The translations under genes and the position numbers were made by a program. Under the pieces are notes generated by a model that saw only the letters and a program-made list of their open reading frames with translations, was not told the DNA's origin and searched no databases. Shown piece after piece: positions 29,660 through 38,054 of a DNA stretch of 64,000 nucleotides. The stretch spans positions 192,001-256,000 of the forward strand of contig JBDHAB010000001.1 of assembly GCA_039588295.1 (NCBI GenBank), read 5' to 3'. The stretch comes from Gemmatimonadota bacterium (GTDB lineage: Bacteria; Gemmatimonadota; Gemmatimonadetes; Gemmatimonadales; GWC2-71-9). How positions within the stretch are numbered: the stretch's first letter is position 1; every line of letters begins with the position of its first letter.

Positions 29660-30748
29660 ATGCGTACGACAGACAGCCGATCAGTTTCGTGGGCCCCAGC
29701 TGCCCCCTGGGCACTGGTTCTGGTAGTGGCGCTCGCCGGCGCCTGCAGCCCACGCCCGGAGCCTGCGACGGTGGACCGCCCCACCGAGGAGGGTGAGCGG
29801 TTCTTTCGAAACCTCCGCCAGCTCACGTTCGACGGCCAGAACGCCGAGGCCTATTTCTCTCGCGATGGAACGCAGCTGATCTTCCAGCGGACGGACAGCG
29901 ATTCCACATGCGATCAGCAGTACGTCGTCAACGTGGATGGCACCGGCATGCGGCTAGTATCGAACGGACTGGGCCGCACGACCTGCGGCTTCTTCCATTC
30001 CGGGGGCGACCAGCTCCTGTACTCGAGCACGTTCCACGTGGACGAGCGGTGCCCGCCCGAGCCGGATTTCAGCCAGGGCTACGTGTGGGCCATCCACGAT
30101 TTCGACATCTACACGGTGGGGAGTGACGGCGGCGAGCTGGAGCGCCTGTTCCGCTCACCAGGGTACGATGCCGAAGCGACGCTCTCACCCGACGGGGAAA
30201 CGATCGTCTTCACGTCGACGAGGGACGGCGACCTCGATATCTACACGATGAAGGCGGATGGGTCGGATGTCCGCCAGTTGACTAACACAGTCGGGTACGA
30301 TGGCGGGCCGTTCTTCTCCCACGATGGGAGCAAGATCGTGTATCGCTCGTGGCACCCGCAGACGGCCGAGGACATCGCGGACTATCAACGGCTTCTGGGT
30401 CAGAACCTGGTGCGGCCCAGCCAAATGGAAATCTGGGTCATGAACGCCGATGGTTCGAACCAACGGCAGGTGACCGATCTGGGCGGAGCGAACTTCGCCC
30501 CGTTCTTTCATCCGGACGATCGGCGAATCATCTTTTCCTCAAACCACGCGAATCCGCGGTCGAGGAACTTCGATCTGTATCTCGTCGACCTGGACGGCGC
30601 CAACCTGACACAAGTGACGACCGACGAAGACTTTGATGGCTTCCCCATGCTCTCGCGCGACGGGAAGACGCTGGTGTTCGCATCGAACCGGTTTGGGTCG
30701 GTTCCCGGCGAAACGAACATCTTCCTCGCCGACTGGGTAGAACCGTAG
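29660..30748 (+). CDS. TolB-like PD40 beta-propeller lipoprotein
   Basis: LAGAC lipobox, NAEAYFS, repeated SPDG/FTSTRDGDLDIY and GYDGGPFFS. Confidence 0.9.
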   Translation: MRTTDSRSVSWAPAAPWALVLVVALAGACSPRPEPATVDRPTEEGERFFRNLRQLTFDGQNAEAYFSRDGTQLIFQRTDSDSTCDQQYVVNVDGTGMRLVSNGLGRTTCGFFHSGGDQLLYSSTFHVDERCPPEPDFSQGYVWAIHDFDIYTVGSDGGELERLFRSPGYDAEATLSPDGETIVFTSTRDGDLDIYTMKADGSDVRQLTNTVGYDGGPFFSHDGSKIVYRSWHPQTAEDIADYQRLLGQNLVRPSQMEIWVMNADGSNQRQVTDLGGANFAPFFHPDDRRIIFSSNHANPRSRNFDLYLVDLDGANLTQVTTDEDFDGFPMLSRDGKTLVFASNRFGSVPGETNIFLADWVEP

Positions 30749-30769
30749 GGGTCCCTCAACGACCCGGAG

Positions 30770-31555
30770 GTGGTGGTAGCAGTGGCGCGGAAGAAAGTAA
30801 AGCAGCCAGAGAGCTCGCCCTCGGCGAAGGAGTCGGGAAAGCGGCGGGATCGCCCGCCCTCGGCGAAGAAGTCGCCATCGCAGTCGGCGAAAGAGTGGAT
30901 CAAATCTATCGCCATTGCCCTGGTCATCTGGTTCTTCGTCCGCTCGTTGCTCGTTGAGGCCTTTCGGATCCCGTCAGGCAGCATGGAGAACACGCTGCTC
31001 ATTGGCGACTTCCTCTTCGTCAACAAGGCGCTCTACGGTGCCGAGGTCCCCATTGTCGGGACGCGGTTGCCGGCATTTCGGGAGCCCGAACGATTCGACA
31101 TCGTCATTTTCGACTCGCCCGAGGAGCCTGGGGTGAACGTCGTCAAGCGGGTGGTCGGGATCCCCGGTGACACGCTGTCCATGGTGAACAACACCCTGCG
31201 GATCAACGGTCGAGCGGCGGAAGAACCGCACGCGATCCGCAGCGACTCACGGTACGATCCGAAAGACCCACGCATGCGCGACTGGCAGGTGCGACATCTC
31301 GTGGGGCGGGACCGAGCCACCTATCATCCGTCGCTGAAGAATTGGGGCCCGGTGGCAGTGCCGCCGGACTCGTTCTTTGTCATGGGAGACAATCGAGACA
31401 ACTCCTATGACAGCCGATATTGGGGGTTCCTGGGGCGCGACCGCATTGCAGGACGGCCGCTGTTCATCTACTACAGCTTCGACAAGACGGGCTTGATGCC
31501 CCTGCCGTTTCTCACGAGCATCCGATGGGGCCGGATCTTCTCGAGTCCAGGCTAG
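30770..31555 (+). CDS. lepB: Signal peptidase I
   Basis: IPSGSMENTL, VKRVVGIPGD and GDNRDNSYDSR. Confidence 0.95.
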   Translation: MVVAVARKKVKQPESSPSAKESGKRRDRPPSAKKSPSQSAKEWIKSIAIALVIWFFVRSLLVEAFRIPSGSMENTLLIGDFLFVNKALYGAEVPIVGTRLPAFREPERFDIVIFDSPEEPGVNVVKRVVGIPGDTLSMVNNTLRINGRAAEEPHAIRSDSRYDPKDPRMRDWQVRHLVGRDRATYHPSLKNWGPVAVPPDSFFVMGDNRDNSYDSRYWGFLGRDRIAGRPLFIYYSFDKTGLMPLPFLTSIRWGRIFSSPG

Positions 31556-31749
31556 GCGCCCACACCCGATCATTTCCGATTCGTCCGCCAACCGGGGAGT
31601 GAGATCTCGAACTACCCGGTGAAGCCGGGTGTTTTCCCCCTCCAAGATTCTCGCATAATCTGATTTTGCATTCTGGCGATATTGCTTAGATTCCATAAGA
31701 AGCTATGTTTTTTGCAGTCAGCTGTTCTGCAATGGAGCGTATTGCCAAC

Positions 31750-32190
31750 ATGGATCTAACAGACCGGCAGCTCGTTCGACTACTGCAGGGTAACGCCCGG
31801 CTCAGCTACCAGGAGTTGGGTGAAGCCGTAGGTCTGAGCGGGCCCGCCGCGTTCCAGCGGGTCCGGAAGCTCGAGCGCACTGGTGTGCTCGTTGCCTACG
31901 AGGCCAGGGTCGATCCGGCGAAGCTAGGGCGTCCGGCCGTGGCGTTCCTACGCGTCCGTCCCGAGGCGGGGACGAACCTCCAGCGGCTGGTATCCCGCTG
32001 GGAGGCGGCGGACGAAGTGCAAGAATGTCACGTCGTGACCGGCGAAGCCGGCTACCTCCTCAAGCTTCGCCTCGTCATGCTCGCAGACCTCCAGCACCAT
32101 ATCGATGCGGCCCGACAGGCTGGGTGCCTCGTCAGCGCGGAGGTTGTCGTCACCACCGAGTTCGAGCGCTCGGTCGTGCCCGTTCGCTGA
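31750..32190 (+). CDS. Lrp/AsnC family transcriptional regulator
   Basis: D..DRQLV.LLQ.NARLSY.ELGEAVGLS...RVRKLE; ECHVVTG. Confidence 0.92.
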   Translation: MDLTDRQLVRLLQGNARLSYQELGEAVGLSGPAAFQRVRKLERTGVLVAYEARVDPAKLGRPAVAFLRVRPEAGTNLQRLVSRWEAADEVQECHVVTGEAGYLLKLRLVMLADLQHHIDAARQAGCLVSAEVVVTTEFERSVVPVR

Positions 32191-32243
32191 GGGTGCGCGT
32201 CGGGCAGGTCGCTCCGACACACGGCCTCGCTACGGACAGGTCG

Positions 32244-32498
32244 CTAGCTGATCAGCTCTTTTTCCGATGGCTGAGTGAGGCTGCGCGGTACGTATACGGC
32301 ATGCCGCCCGCATTTCCCGCATTGCAGCGTGACATGGCGGTGCGATTCGCGCCGGTCCCTCGGTAGCCTCCGCCTCGGATGCCGGGTGATTCTGGCATGA
32401 CCGCAGGATGGGCAGACCAGCCGTTCGCGGTCACGGTCGGCAAGGATGAGTTGAAGTGCCTCCGCAGCCCGGTACTCTTTTATCCCTCGACGTCCCAC
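32244..32498 (-). CDS. Small zinc-ribbon protein
   Basis: CPSCG...CGKCG cysteine pairs; Arg-rich loop. Confidence 0.6.
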   Translation of the reverse strand: MGRRGIKEYRAAEALQLILADRDRERLVCPSCGHARITRHPRRRLPRDRRESHRHVTLQCGKCGRHAVYVPRSLTQPSEKELIS

Positions 32499-32627
32499 GA
32501 GATCTACTCCAGCTTGTTGCAGCGGACTAAGAATCTACCTCGCAAAACGGGGGAGTGCCAAACGCCGCTCTTGACGCCACGCCTTTCGCGCTCCACACTC
32601 GGAATATCAGCCCAGCTGGAGCGATCC

Positions 32628-32903
32628 ATGAGTTCTCCGGAAGCCCCCGACCAGGGGTTCGTGAGTGTGGCCGACGTTGAGGTGGACGCCGTGCATCCGG
32701 GTCGGTCAGGCTTTGTCCTGACAGGTCGGGGCCGAGATCGTGCGGAGTACAGGCTCGAAATGGAGCTCGAAATGCCGGTCGACCAGCGAACCCGGGCTGT
32801 CTTGGCCGAACTCCTGGCCCAGTCAGATTGGCGGGTGCTCCGGCGCGCGAGCCAGCCATTTAGACCGAAACGCCCGAGTGGGACCAAGAAGTCAGCTGGG
32901 TAG
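32628..32903 (+). CDS. Small hypothetical protein
   Basis: GGAG SD upstream of ATG 32628; protein-like composition. Confidence 0.65.
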   Translation: MSSPEAPDQGFVSVADVEVDAVHPGRSGFVLTGRGRDRAEYRLEMELEMPVDQRTRAVLAELLAQSDWRVLRRASQPFRPKRPSGTKKSAG

Positions 32904-33026
32904 TTGGCTGTCTTAGTTGTTTTCTTACAAGAAGTTACACTTCTACACCACGGTGGGTGTCCGGGTTGACTCTAGCCCTGGCACTGGCTAGCTTGCCCGC
33001 CACATTTCCCTCTGAAGGAACACCCC

Positions 33027-33458
33027 ATGGCGCGCGAGCTTGGCGGATCGCAGATCTCAGCCCTCTTAGAGTCGGTTCCGGGCATTGTCAATGTGCTTCG
33101 GAGCCCGGTCGCGGACGCGCTCGTGGACATGATCCGAGCTGGGGCGGGACTCGACGAGTTTCGCCTAGAAGCAGCGCAGGAACTCATTCAGTATGCAGTG
33201 CGTCGTGGTCTCATCGGTGCCGGTGAGGGCGAGCAAGTCCTGAAGGACGTCGAAGCCGTGGCACCCCGATCGCGGAGGCGTGGTGCGGGTGCACGCGGGA
33301 AGACCCGGGCGGGCGCTAAGCCGGCAACAAAGCCGCGGGCTCGCAAGCCGGTGCCGAAGAAACCCGAGGGGAAGGCTCCGTCGAAGAAGACGGCGACGAA
33401 GCGGAAGGCGCCAAAGAAGCCGGCGAGACAGACCACCAAGAGGGCAAAGCGCCGGTAA
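33027..33458 (+). CDS. Hypothetical protein with histone H1-like Lys/Ala/Pro-rich tail
   Basis: Helical N-terminal domain, then KPATKPRARKPVPKKPEGKAPSKKTATKRKAPKKPA. Confidence 0.75.
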   Translation: MARELGGSQISALLESVPGIVNVLRSPVADALVDMIRAGAGLDEFRLEAAQELIQYAVRRGLIGAGEGEQVLKDVEAVAPRSRRRGAGARGKTRAGAKPATKPRARKPVPKKPEGKAPSKKTATKRKAPKKPARQTTKRAKRR

Positions 33459-33470
33459 CGCCGCTCCGCA

Positions 33471-34067
33471 CTACCAGCGAAACGCGCGCCGCAGCACGAC
33501 CGTGCCACTTCCGGGCTCGGTCTCCGTGAACAGCAAGGCCCCGGCCGGCGGATCGTACTGCGCGGTCCAGATCGTCGAATCGGGAAGCCAGGTGAAGGTG
33601 ACCGTGCGGGTGCGGCGATCCCATTCGCCGCTCTGCCAGCGTCCGTTGGGGAGACGACGCCAACGTGCTTCGCCGCCACGACTCATCCTGAGCTCGATCT
33701 GCCGCCGGTTACCCGTTCCGGATCCATGCCACTCGCCATGTAATGGTCGCGCCAGGAGGCCCTGCGGCGCCATGGTGAGGATGGCTCCTTCAGCCGTCTG
33801 CAGCAGCAGGCGGTCCCGCACGAACCAGTATGAGACGGAGAATGAGCTGTCTCCGGTCACCGCCAGAGAGTCCCGCGTGACTCTGAACGCAACGGGTCGT
33901 TCGTCGTTCACCACGAGGAGCGTGTCAGCATAGAAGTCGAGCACGAGTGGTCGCCCTTGGTGGGTCCCGACCCAGCGCCGCGTCAGGGCCGGCTCTTGCC
34001 CGAGCGCGAGTGCCGGCCAGGAACACGCAAGCCCCAATGCGCAGACCATTTGTAACCAACGCTGCAT
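33471..34067 (-). CDS. Secreted hypothetical protein
   Basis: Signal peptide (..ALA-LG); beta-rich mature part; GAGG SD. Confidence 0.7.
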   Translation of the reverse strand: MQRWLQMVCALGLACSWPALALGQEPALTRRWVGTHQGRPLVLDFYADTLLVVNDERPVAFRVTRDSLAVTGDSSFSVSYWFVRDRLLLQTAEGAILTMAPQGLLARPLHGEWHGSGTGNRRQIELRMSRGGEARWRRLPNGRWQSGEWDRRTRTVTFTWLPDSTIWTAQYDPPAGALLFTETEPGSGTVVLRRAFRW

Positions 34068-34210
34068 TGCGTACCTCGTTTCCCGAACCACGGATGCTCC
34101 GGAACAGTTTATACACCGTACGGGTCCAAGGATAGGCGCCACCGGCATCGCGGTGAGGTGGATGGAGGCACTCCTTCGCGGGCTCGAAGTTGGGATTATC
34201 TTCAAGTGGT

Positions 34211-34831
34211 ATGACCACGTCAGCGACGACACACTCGACGCATAGTTGGCCCGGCAGGGCGGAAGCGCTGAGCCACTTCTTCCTGCGGGCAGGAGAAGCT
34301 CCGCGCCTCATCGCCTACGATGAAGACATGGGCTGCCCGCTCCACAATGCGTTGGCTGCGCTCGAATGGACGCTGGCGGTCGGCGTACTCAAAGACACCG
34401 ACCTGATCCACGCCGCCCGTCTGGGGGGTGAGACGGCCGCCGCTGTGGTGGAACGCCGTCACGACGGGCAGCGACGTTACGTCTACTTGGGGCCACGTAT
34501 GGATGCCCCGCCGGCAGATCCGTACGAGGGATCGCTGTTGTACGACGAGCCCGGCGTCCGTGCATATCAGTTTGTGCAGCGGGCGCACGCGGTGGCGCAC
34601 TTCCTCCGGGCGACTCAGGGGGCGGGAAGCGTGTTTTCCATACTGTCCCGTCGCGCGCCGGAGCTGCGCCACGCCCGACGGTGGCTCGCCGTCGTGTTCG
34701 AGAACCCGCCGGACGCGGTCTCAAACCTGTTGCTCGCTGGCTGGTTCGCGACCACTGGGGGTGGAGTCTTGTTTGCCCCAGCGGCGGTCGGTCAGCCGTA
34801 CGTATACCAAGAAGTGGGAAGTGAGTCATGA
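34211..34831 (+). CDS. Hypothetical protein with internal duplication
   Basis: Protein-like ORF overlapping the start of the next gene; repeated RA.A..HF.LRA motif. Confidence 0.7.
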   Translation: MTTSATTHSTHSWPGRAEALSHFFLRAGEAPRLIAYDEDMGCPLHNALAALEWTLAVGVLKDTDLIHAARLGGETAAAVVERRHDGQRRYVYLGPRMDAPPADPYEGSLLYDEPGVRAYQFVQRAHAVAHFLRATQGAGSVFSILSRRAPELRHARRWLAVVFENPPDAVSNLLLAGWFATTGGGVLFAPAAVGQPYVYQEVGSES

Positions 34832-35382
34832 ATCGTTATCGCGTCCTCTGTGCCGCTTGGGGTCTCGTCGCGGTGTGCACCACGGTGCCTGTGGTGCGTG
34901 CGCAGGAGCGCCAGGACGCGGCGCCTGCGGATAGTCTTCGGGCCGAGTACCGCGCGACCCTCCTCGAACTGCGCGACTCTGTGGCCGTGCTCCGCGCCGA
35001 TCTCGATCGATTCGGGCGCGACCTTCAGATGGCGGGCAACCTGACGGTTCTGAGTCGTGCGGGACGCCTGAACGACCGGTGCGTGAACTTGGGTGTGACC
35101 CTGGGGGATGCAGAGCCGGTCTTTCGCAAAGGGGGCGACTCCCCCCGCCTGCGGGACGCCGCACGCACGCTCGTCCGGCGGATGCGAGACCTCCGGCGAA
35201 CACTGCGTCTCCAGTGTGCCGAAGGGCTCGCGCCCACCGGTCCCGGTGTGTGGGCGGACTCGCTGAAGGCCTGGGGTCCCCATCGCACGAGTCAGCTCGC
35301 TCGTGTGCTGGCGGCGTATGATGGTGCGGCCGCCGCCGTGGCCCGCGCCGGAGAGTTCAAGCTCCAGCCCGAGACGCAATAG
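34828..35382 (+). CDS. Secreted helical hypothetical protein
   Basis: Signal peptide ending VRA-Q; coiled-coil-like; two Cys in the mature part. Confidence 0.7.
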   Translation: MNRYRVLCAAWGLVAVCTTVPVVRAQERQDAAPADSLRAEYRATLLELRDSVAVLRADLDRFGRDLQMAGNLTVLSRAGRLNDRCVNLGVTLGDAEPVFRKGGDSPRLRDAARTLVRRMRDLRRTLRLQCAEGLAPTGPGVWADSLKAWGPHRTSQLARVLAAYDGAAAAVARAGEFKLQPETQ

Positions 35383-35532
35383 GCCCCCCGGAGGGTGTGG
35401 AGTCAGTGTGTACGCCGGTTATGCACACGCTCCACACCGCGTGGAAACTTGTGATCCCGACCAGCAAAACCGAGCGATTTTTCCTCCACACACCGTCCAC
35501 ACAAGTCACGTAAGCCGAAGAAACAGCGGCGC

Positions 35533-35560
35533 TTGCGCGGTTTCGTGGGCCTACTACATT
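35533..35560 (+). promoter_or_regulatory. Putative sigma70 promoter of the intergenic RNA
   Basis: TTGCGC (35533-38), 16 nt spacer, TACATT (35555-60), just upstream of the first helix. Confidence 0.5.
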
Positions 35561-35567
35561 TGAACTC

Positions 35568-35997
35568 CGTTGCTCAGGGGAAGGGTTGAGACCCCATAAG
35601 TCCCAGCCACGCCTTGAGTGGCAGGCCCAAGGAGAGAATTCCGGGGAGGCCGCCGACGCATTCAAGGGCTTCGGGCGTCCTATGATCCGGGTGATCACCT
35701 CCCTTGAGCCGACGAGGCCAGTCGCGTGCCTCGTCCGCACCGAAGTGGCGCCTCGGTGTGCAGTGCGAGAGGCCGGTCCGCGACCCGGCTGACTCGAAGC
35801 GCCCGCACTGGCGAACCTTGCAGCGAGGCCAAGCTGCTTGGGGATGGAGGCCGGAGCTCCGGCGCGCCCAACCGCGGATGCATCAGTCCGAGCGGCGGCG
35901 GCGGGAAGAAGAACAGAGGGAGTAAATCCCCTGGCTCCGGGTAGCCAGCGCGTGGGGCGGCTCGTCACTTTCGGGTGTTCGGGCCGCCCCTTTTTTT
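35568..35997 (+). ncRNA. Candidate large structured non-coding RNA, family unrecognised
   Basis: About ten adjacent helices, loop-loop complementarity GTCGCG/CGCGAC, flanking promoter and terminator, no credible ORF. Confidence 0.65.
35954..35997 (+). terminator. Rho-independent terminator
   Basis: GGGGCGGCTCG/CGGGCCGCCCC stem with TTCG loop followed by T7. Confidence 0.88.
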
Positions 35998-36026
35998 GCC
36001 CAGATGAGCGCTCGCACCCTGGGTGG

Positions 36027-37466
36027 CTACCCCTTGACCACCCCGACGGGGACGAGCTTGGCGACCTTCTTGCCGATTCCCGCCCCGTGCACGACGTCCA
36101 CAACTTGGCGGACGTCCTTGTAAGCCTCCGGAATCTCTTCGTCGACGGTGCGGCGGCTCGCCGCTCGGACCAGGATTCCGTGCTGCTCCAGTTCCCGCAG
36201 CACATTACGGGGTCTTGCGACCTTCCGGGCTTGGTGCCGACTCATGCGGCGGCCGGCACCGTGGCAGGTCGATCCAAACGTCTCGCTGAACGCGCCGGTC
36301 GTGCCCACGAGCACGAACGAGTACCGCCCCATGTCGCCCGGAATGAGGACAGGCTGTCCGATGTCTCGATACCGCGGTGCCAGGTCAGGGTGGCCGGGGG
36401 GAAAGGCACGGGTGGCACCTTTGCGGTGCACGCAGACGCGTTGACGCCTCCCGTCGACTTCGTGGGTCTCGAACTTGGCAATGTTGTGCGCCACATCGTA
36501 CACGAGATCCGCGCTGTCGCTGACCTCCTCGGAGAACACCTCGGCCAACGACCGGCGTACGTAGTGACTCATGAGTTGCCGGTTTGCGAACGCGTAGTTC
36601 GCCGCAGCGTTCATCGCACCGATGTAGGCCTTGGCTTCCGGACTGTGCAGCGGTGCACAGCACAGCTGTTTATCTGGGAGCTCGATCCCGTATCTGTCCG
36701 CCGCGCGGACCATGGTGTCGAGGTAGTCGTCGCACACCTGGTACCCCAAGCCGCGGGATCCCGAATGAATGAAGAACGTGACGGAACTTGGGGTGAGTCC
36801 GAGCCTCGTTGCCGCGTGGTCGTCAAACACCTCTGCCACGTAGCCCACTTCGACGAAGTGGTTGCCACTACCGACCGTGCCGAGTTGTGCCTTGCCACGC
36901 TCCTTGGCGCGGCGGCTCACAGCATCCGGGTTACCGGACAAGGTCCCGTTGGCTTCGATGCACTCCAGGTCTCGGCGCGTTCCGAACCCCTCGTCCACGG
37001 TCCACCGCGCTCCGTGCTCGAGCACTCGATCCAGGGCGGTTGGTGAGAGCTTGACGTCGGAACGTGAGGAGCCGACCCCTGACGGAATTGCCGCGTACAG
37101 CGAGTCCACGAGACGCCGGAGTCTCGGACGGACCTCGTCAACCGTCAGCTGGCTCCGCAACAGTCTCACACCACAGTTGATGTCGTATCCCACGCCCCCC
37201 GGTGAGACCACACCGTTGTGTTCGTCGAACGCGGCGACGCCGCCAATCGGGAACCCGTATCCCCAGTGAATGTCTGGCATCGCGATGGACGGTCCAACGA
37301 TTCCCGGCAGGTGGGCGACGTTGACGACCTGCTGAACGCACGGATCGCCCTCGATGTCGCGCATCAACTCGGTGTCGGCGAAGATCAAGCCGTCTGTGCG
37401 CATGCCGCCGGTGCGGCGAACCCGCCAGCGGAATGCATCGACCCGCTGTACCTCGATGGGCTGCAT
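36027..37466 (-). CDS. rtcB: RNA 3'-phosphate/5'-OH ligase RtcB
   Basis: MPDIHWGYGFPIGG, VGYDINCG, GSGNHF, HSGSRG, HNIAK, HRKGAT and HGAGR. Confidence 0.97.
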   Translation of the reverse strand: MQPIEVQRVDAFRWRVRRTGGMRTDGLIFADTELMRDIEGDPCVQQVVNVAHLPGIVGPSIAMPDIHWGYGFPIGGVAAFDEHNGVVSPGGVGYDINCGVRLLRSQLTVDEVRPRLRRLVDSLYAAIPSGVGSSRSDVKLSPTALDRVLEHGARWTVDEGFGTRRDLECIEANGTLSGNPDAVSRRAKERGKAQLGTVGSGNHFVEVGYVAEVFDDHAATRLGLTPSSVTFFIHSGSRGLGYQVCDDYLDTMVRAADRYGIELPDKQLCCAPLHSPEAKAYIGAMNAAANYAFANRQLMSHYVRRSLAEVFSEEVSDSADLVYDVAHNIAKFETHEVDGRRQRVCVHRKGATRAFPPGHPDLAPRYRDIGQPVLIPGDMGRYSFVLVGTTGAFSETFGSTCHGAGRRMSRHQARKVARPRNVLRELEQHGILVRAASRRTVDEEIPEAYKDVRQVVDVVHGAGIGKKVAKLVPVGVVKG

Positions 37467-37577
37467 CGACGCCTCCTACCTGCAATATACGGGTCGATGT
37501 GCGGAGGCACCGTGTCAGAGTGTTCGGCGGCGCGGGGGGCAACGGGAGGGACGGGAGATGATCCCGGCCGGTCGCGG

Positions 37578-37991
37578 TCAGACGTCGAACAGGATCTCCG
37601 CATGCCACCCTGCATCATCGTGCGCCACGGTGAACCCGTGCCGGGTGACGGCCTTCACTTCGGGCTGCGGCTTGTGGACCACTGGATCGCAGCGCTCACC
37701 TCGAACGAGGACGGCGAGCAGGGGTGGTCCGGGCTGTACGACCTGCAGATCGGCGGGCAGGAATCCCTCGGTTGCGGAACGGTACAGCAGGTCCTGGAGC
37801 AACCGGAGGAGCATGTCGGCTGGGTCGTCACCCTCGACTTCGATGCGATGCTGTTCCCGAGGAACGACTGGGCTGTGACCGGTCAATAAAAGACGCATGA
37901 CTGCGACGCCGTCGGCCAGCACTTCGTCGAATGTCGCTGCGTCAATGGCGACCTTGATGTCGGCGGTGTGCGGTAGAAACCGGTACGTCAC
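37578..37991 (-). CDS. Archease (RtcB cofactor)
   Basis: YRFLPHTAD N-terminus, EVKAVTRH, C-terminal ILFDV; adjacent to rtcB. Confidence 0.93.
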   Translation of the reverse strand: MTYRFLPHTADIKVAIDAATFDEVLADGVAVMRLLLTGHSPVVPREQHRIEVEGDDPADMLLRLLQDLLYRSATEGFLPADLQVVQPGPPLLAVLVRGERCDPVVHKPQPEVKAVTRHGFTVAHDDAGWHAEILFDV

Positions 37992-38054
37992 GTTTCGCTC
38001 CCGTCACCGTGAAAGCGGTACGGTCGATCTGCGCGGGGTGCAACATCGTGTGGC

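Noticed and set aside
35568..35910. 6S RNA assignment (CCCTTGAGCCG resembles a 6S segment; rod-like 5' domain)
   Set aside because: The element is much longer than typical 6S RNA, has no clear central bubble and has a multi-hairpin 3' domain. Not called, but not excluded without cmscan.
35568..35997. Identification of the intergenic RNA as RNase P RNA, tmRNA or SRP RNA
   Set aside because: No GAGGAAAGUCC or ACAGAA..CGGC regions, no tRNA-like ends and no SRP domain IV motif found on either strand.
35357..36205. ORFs crossing the intergenic region (35357-36205 minus, 35586-35792 plus and others)
   Set aside because: Arg/Pro/Ser-rich shadow-type translations that overlap rtcB or run through the helices and terminator.
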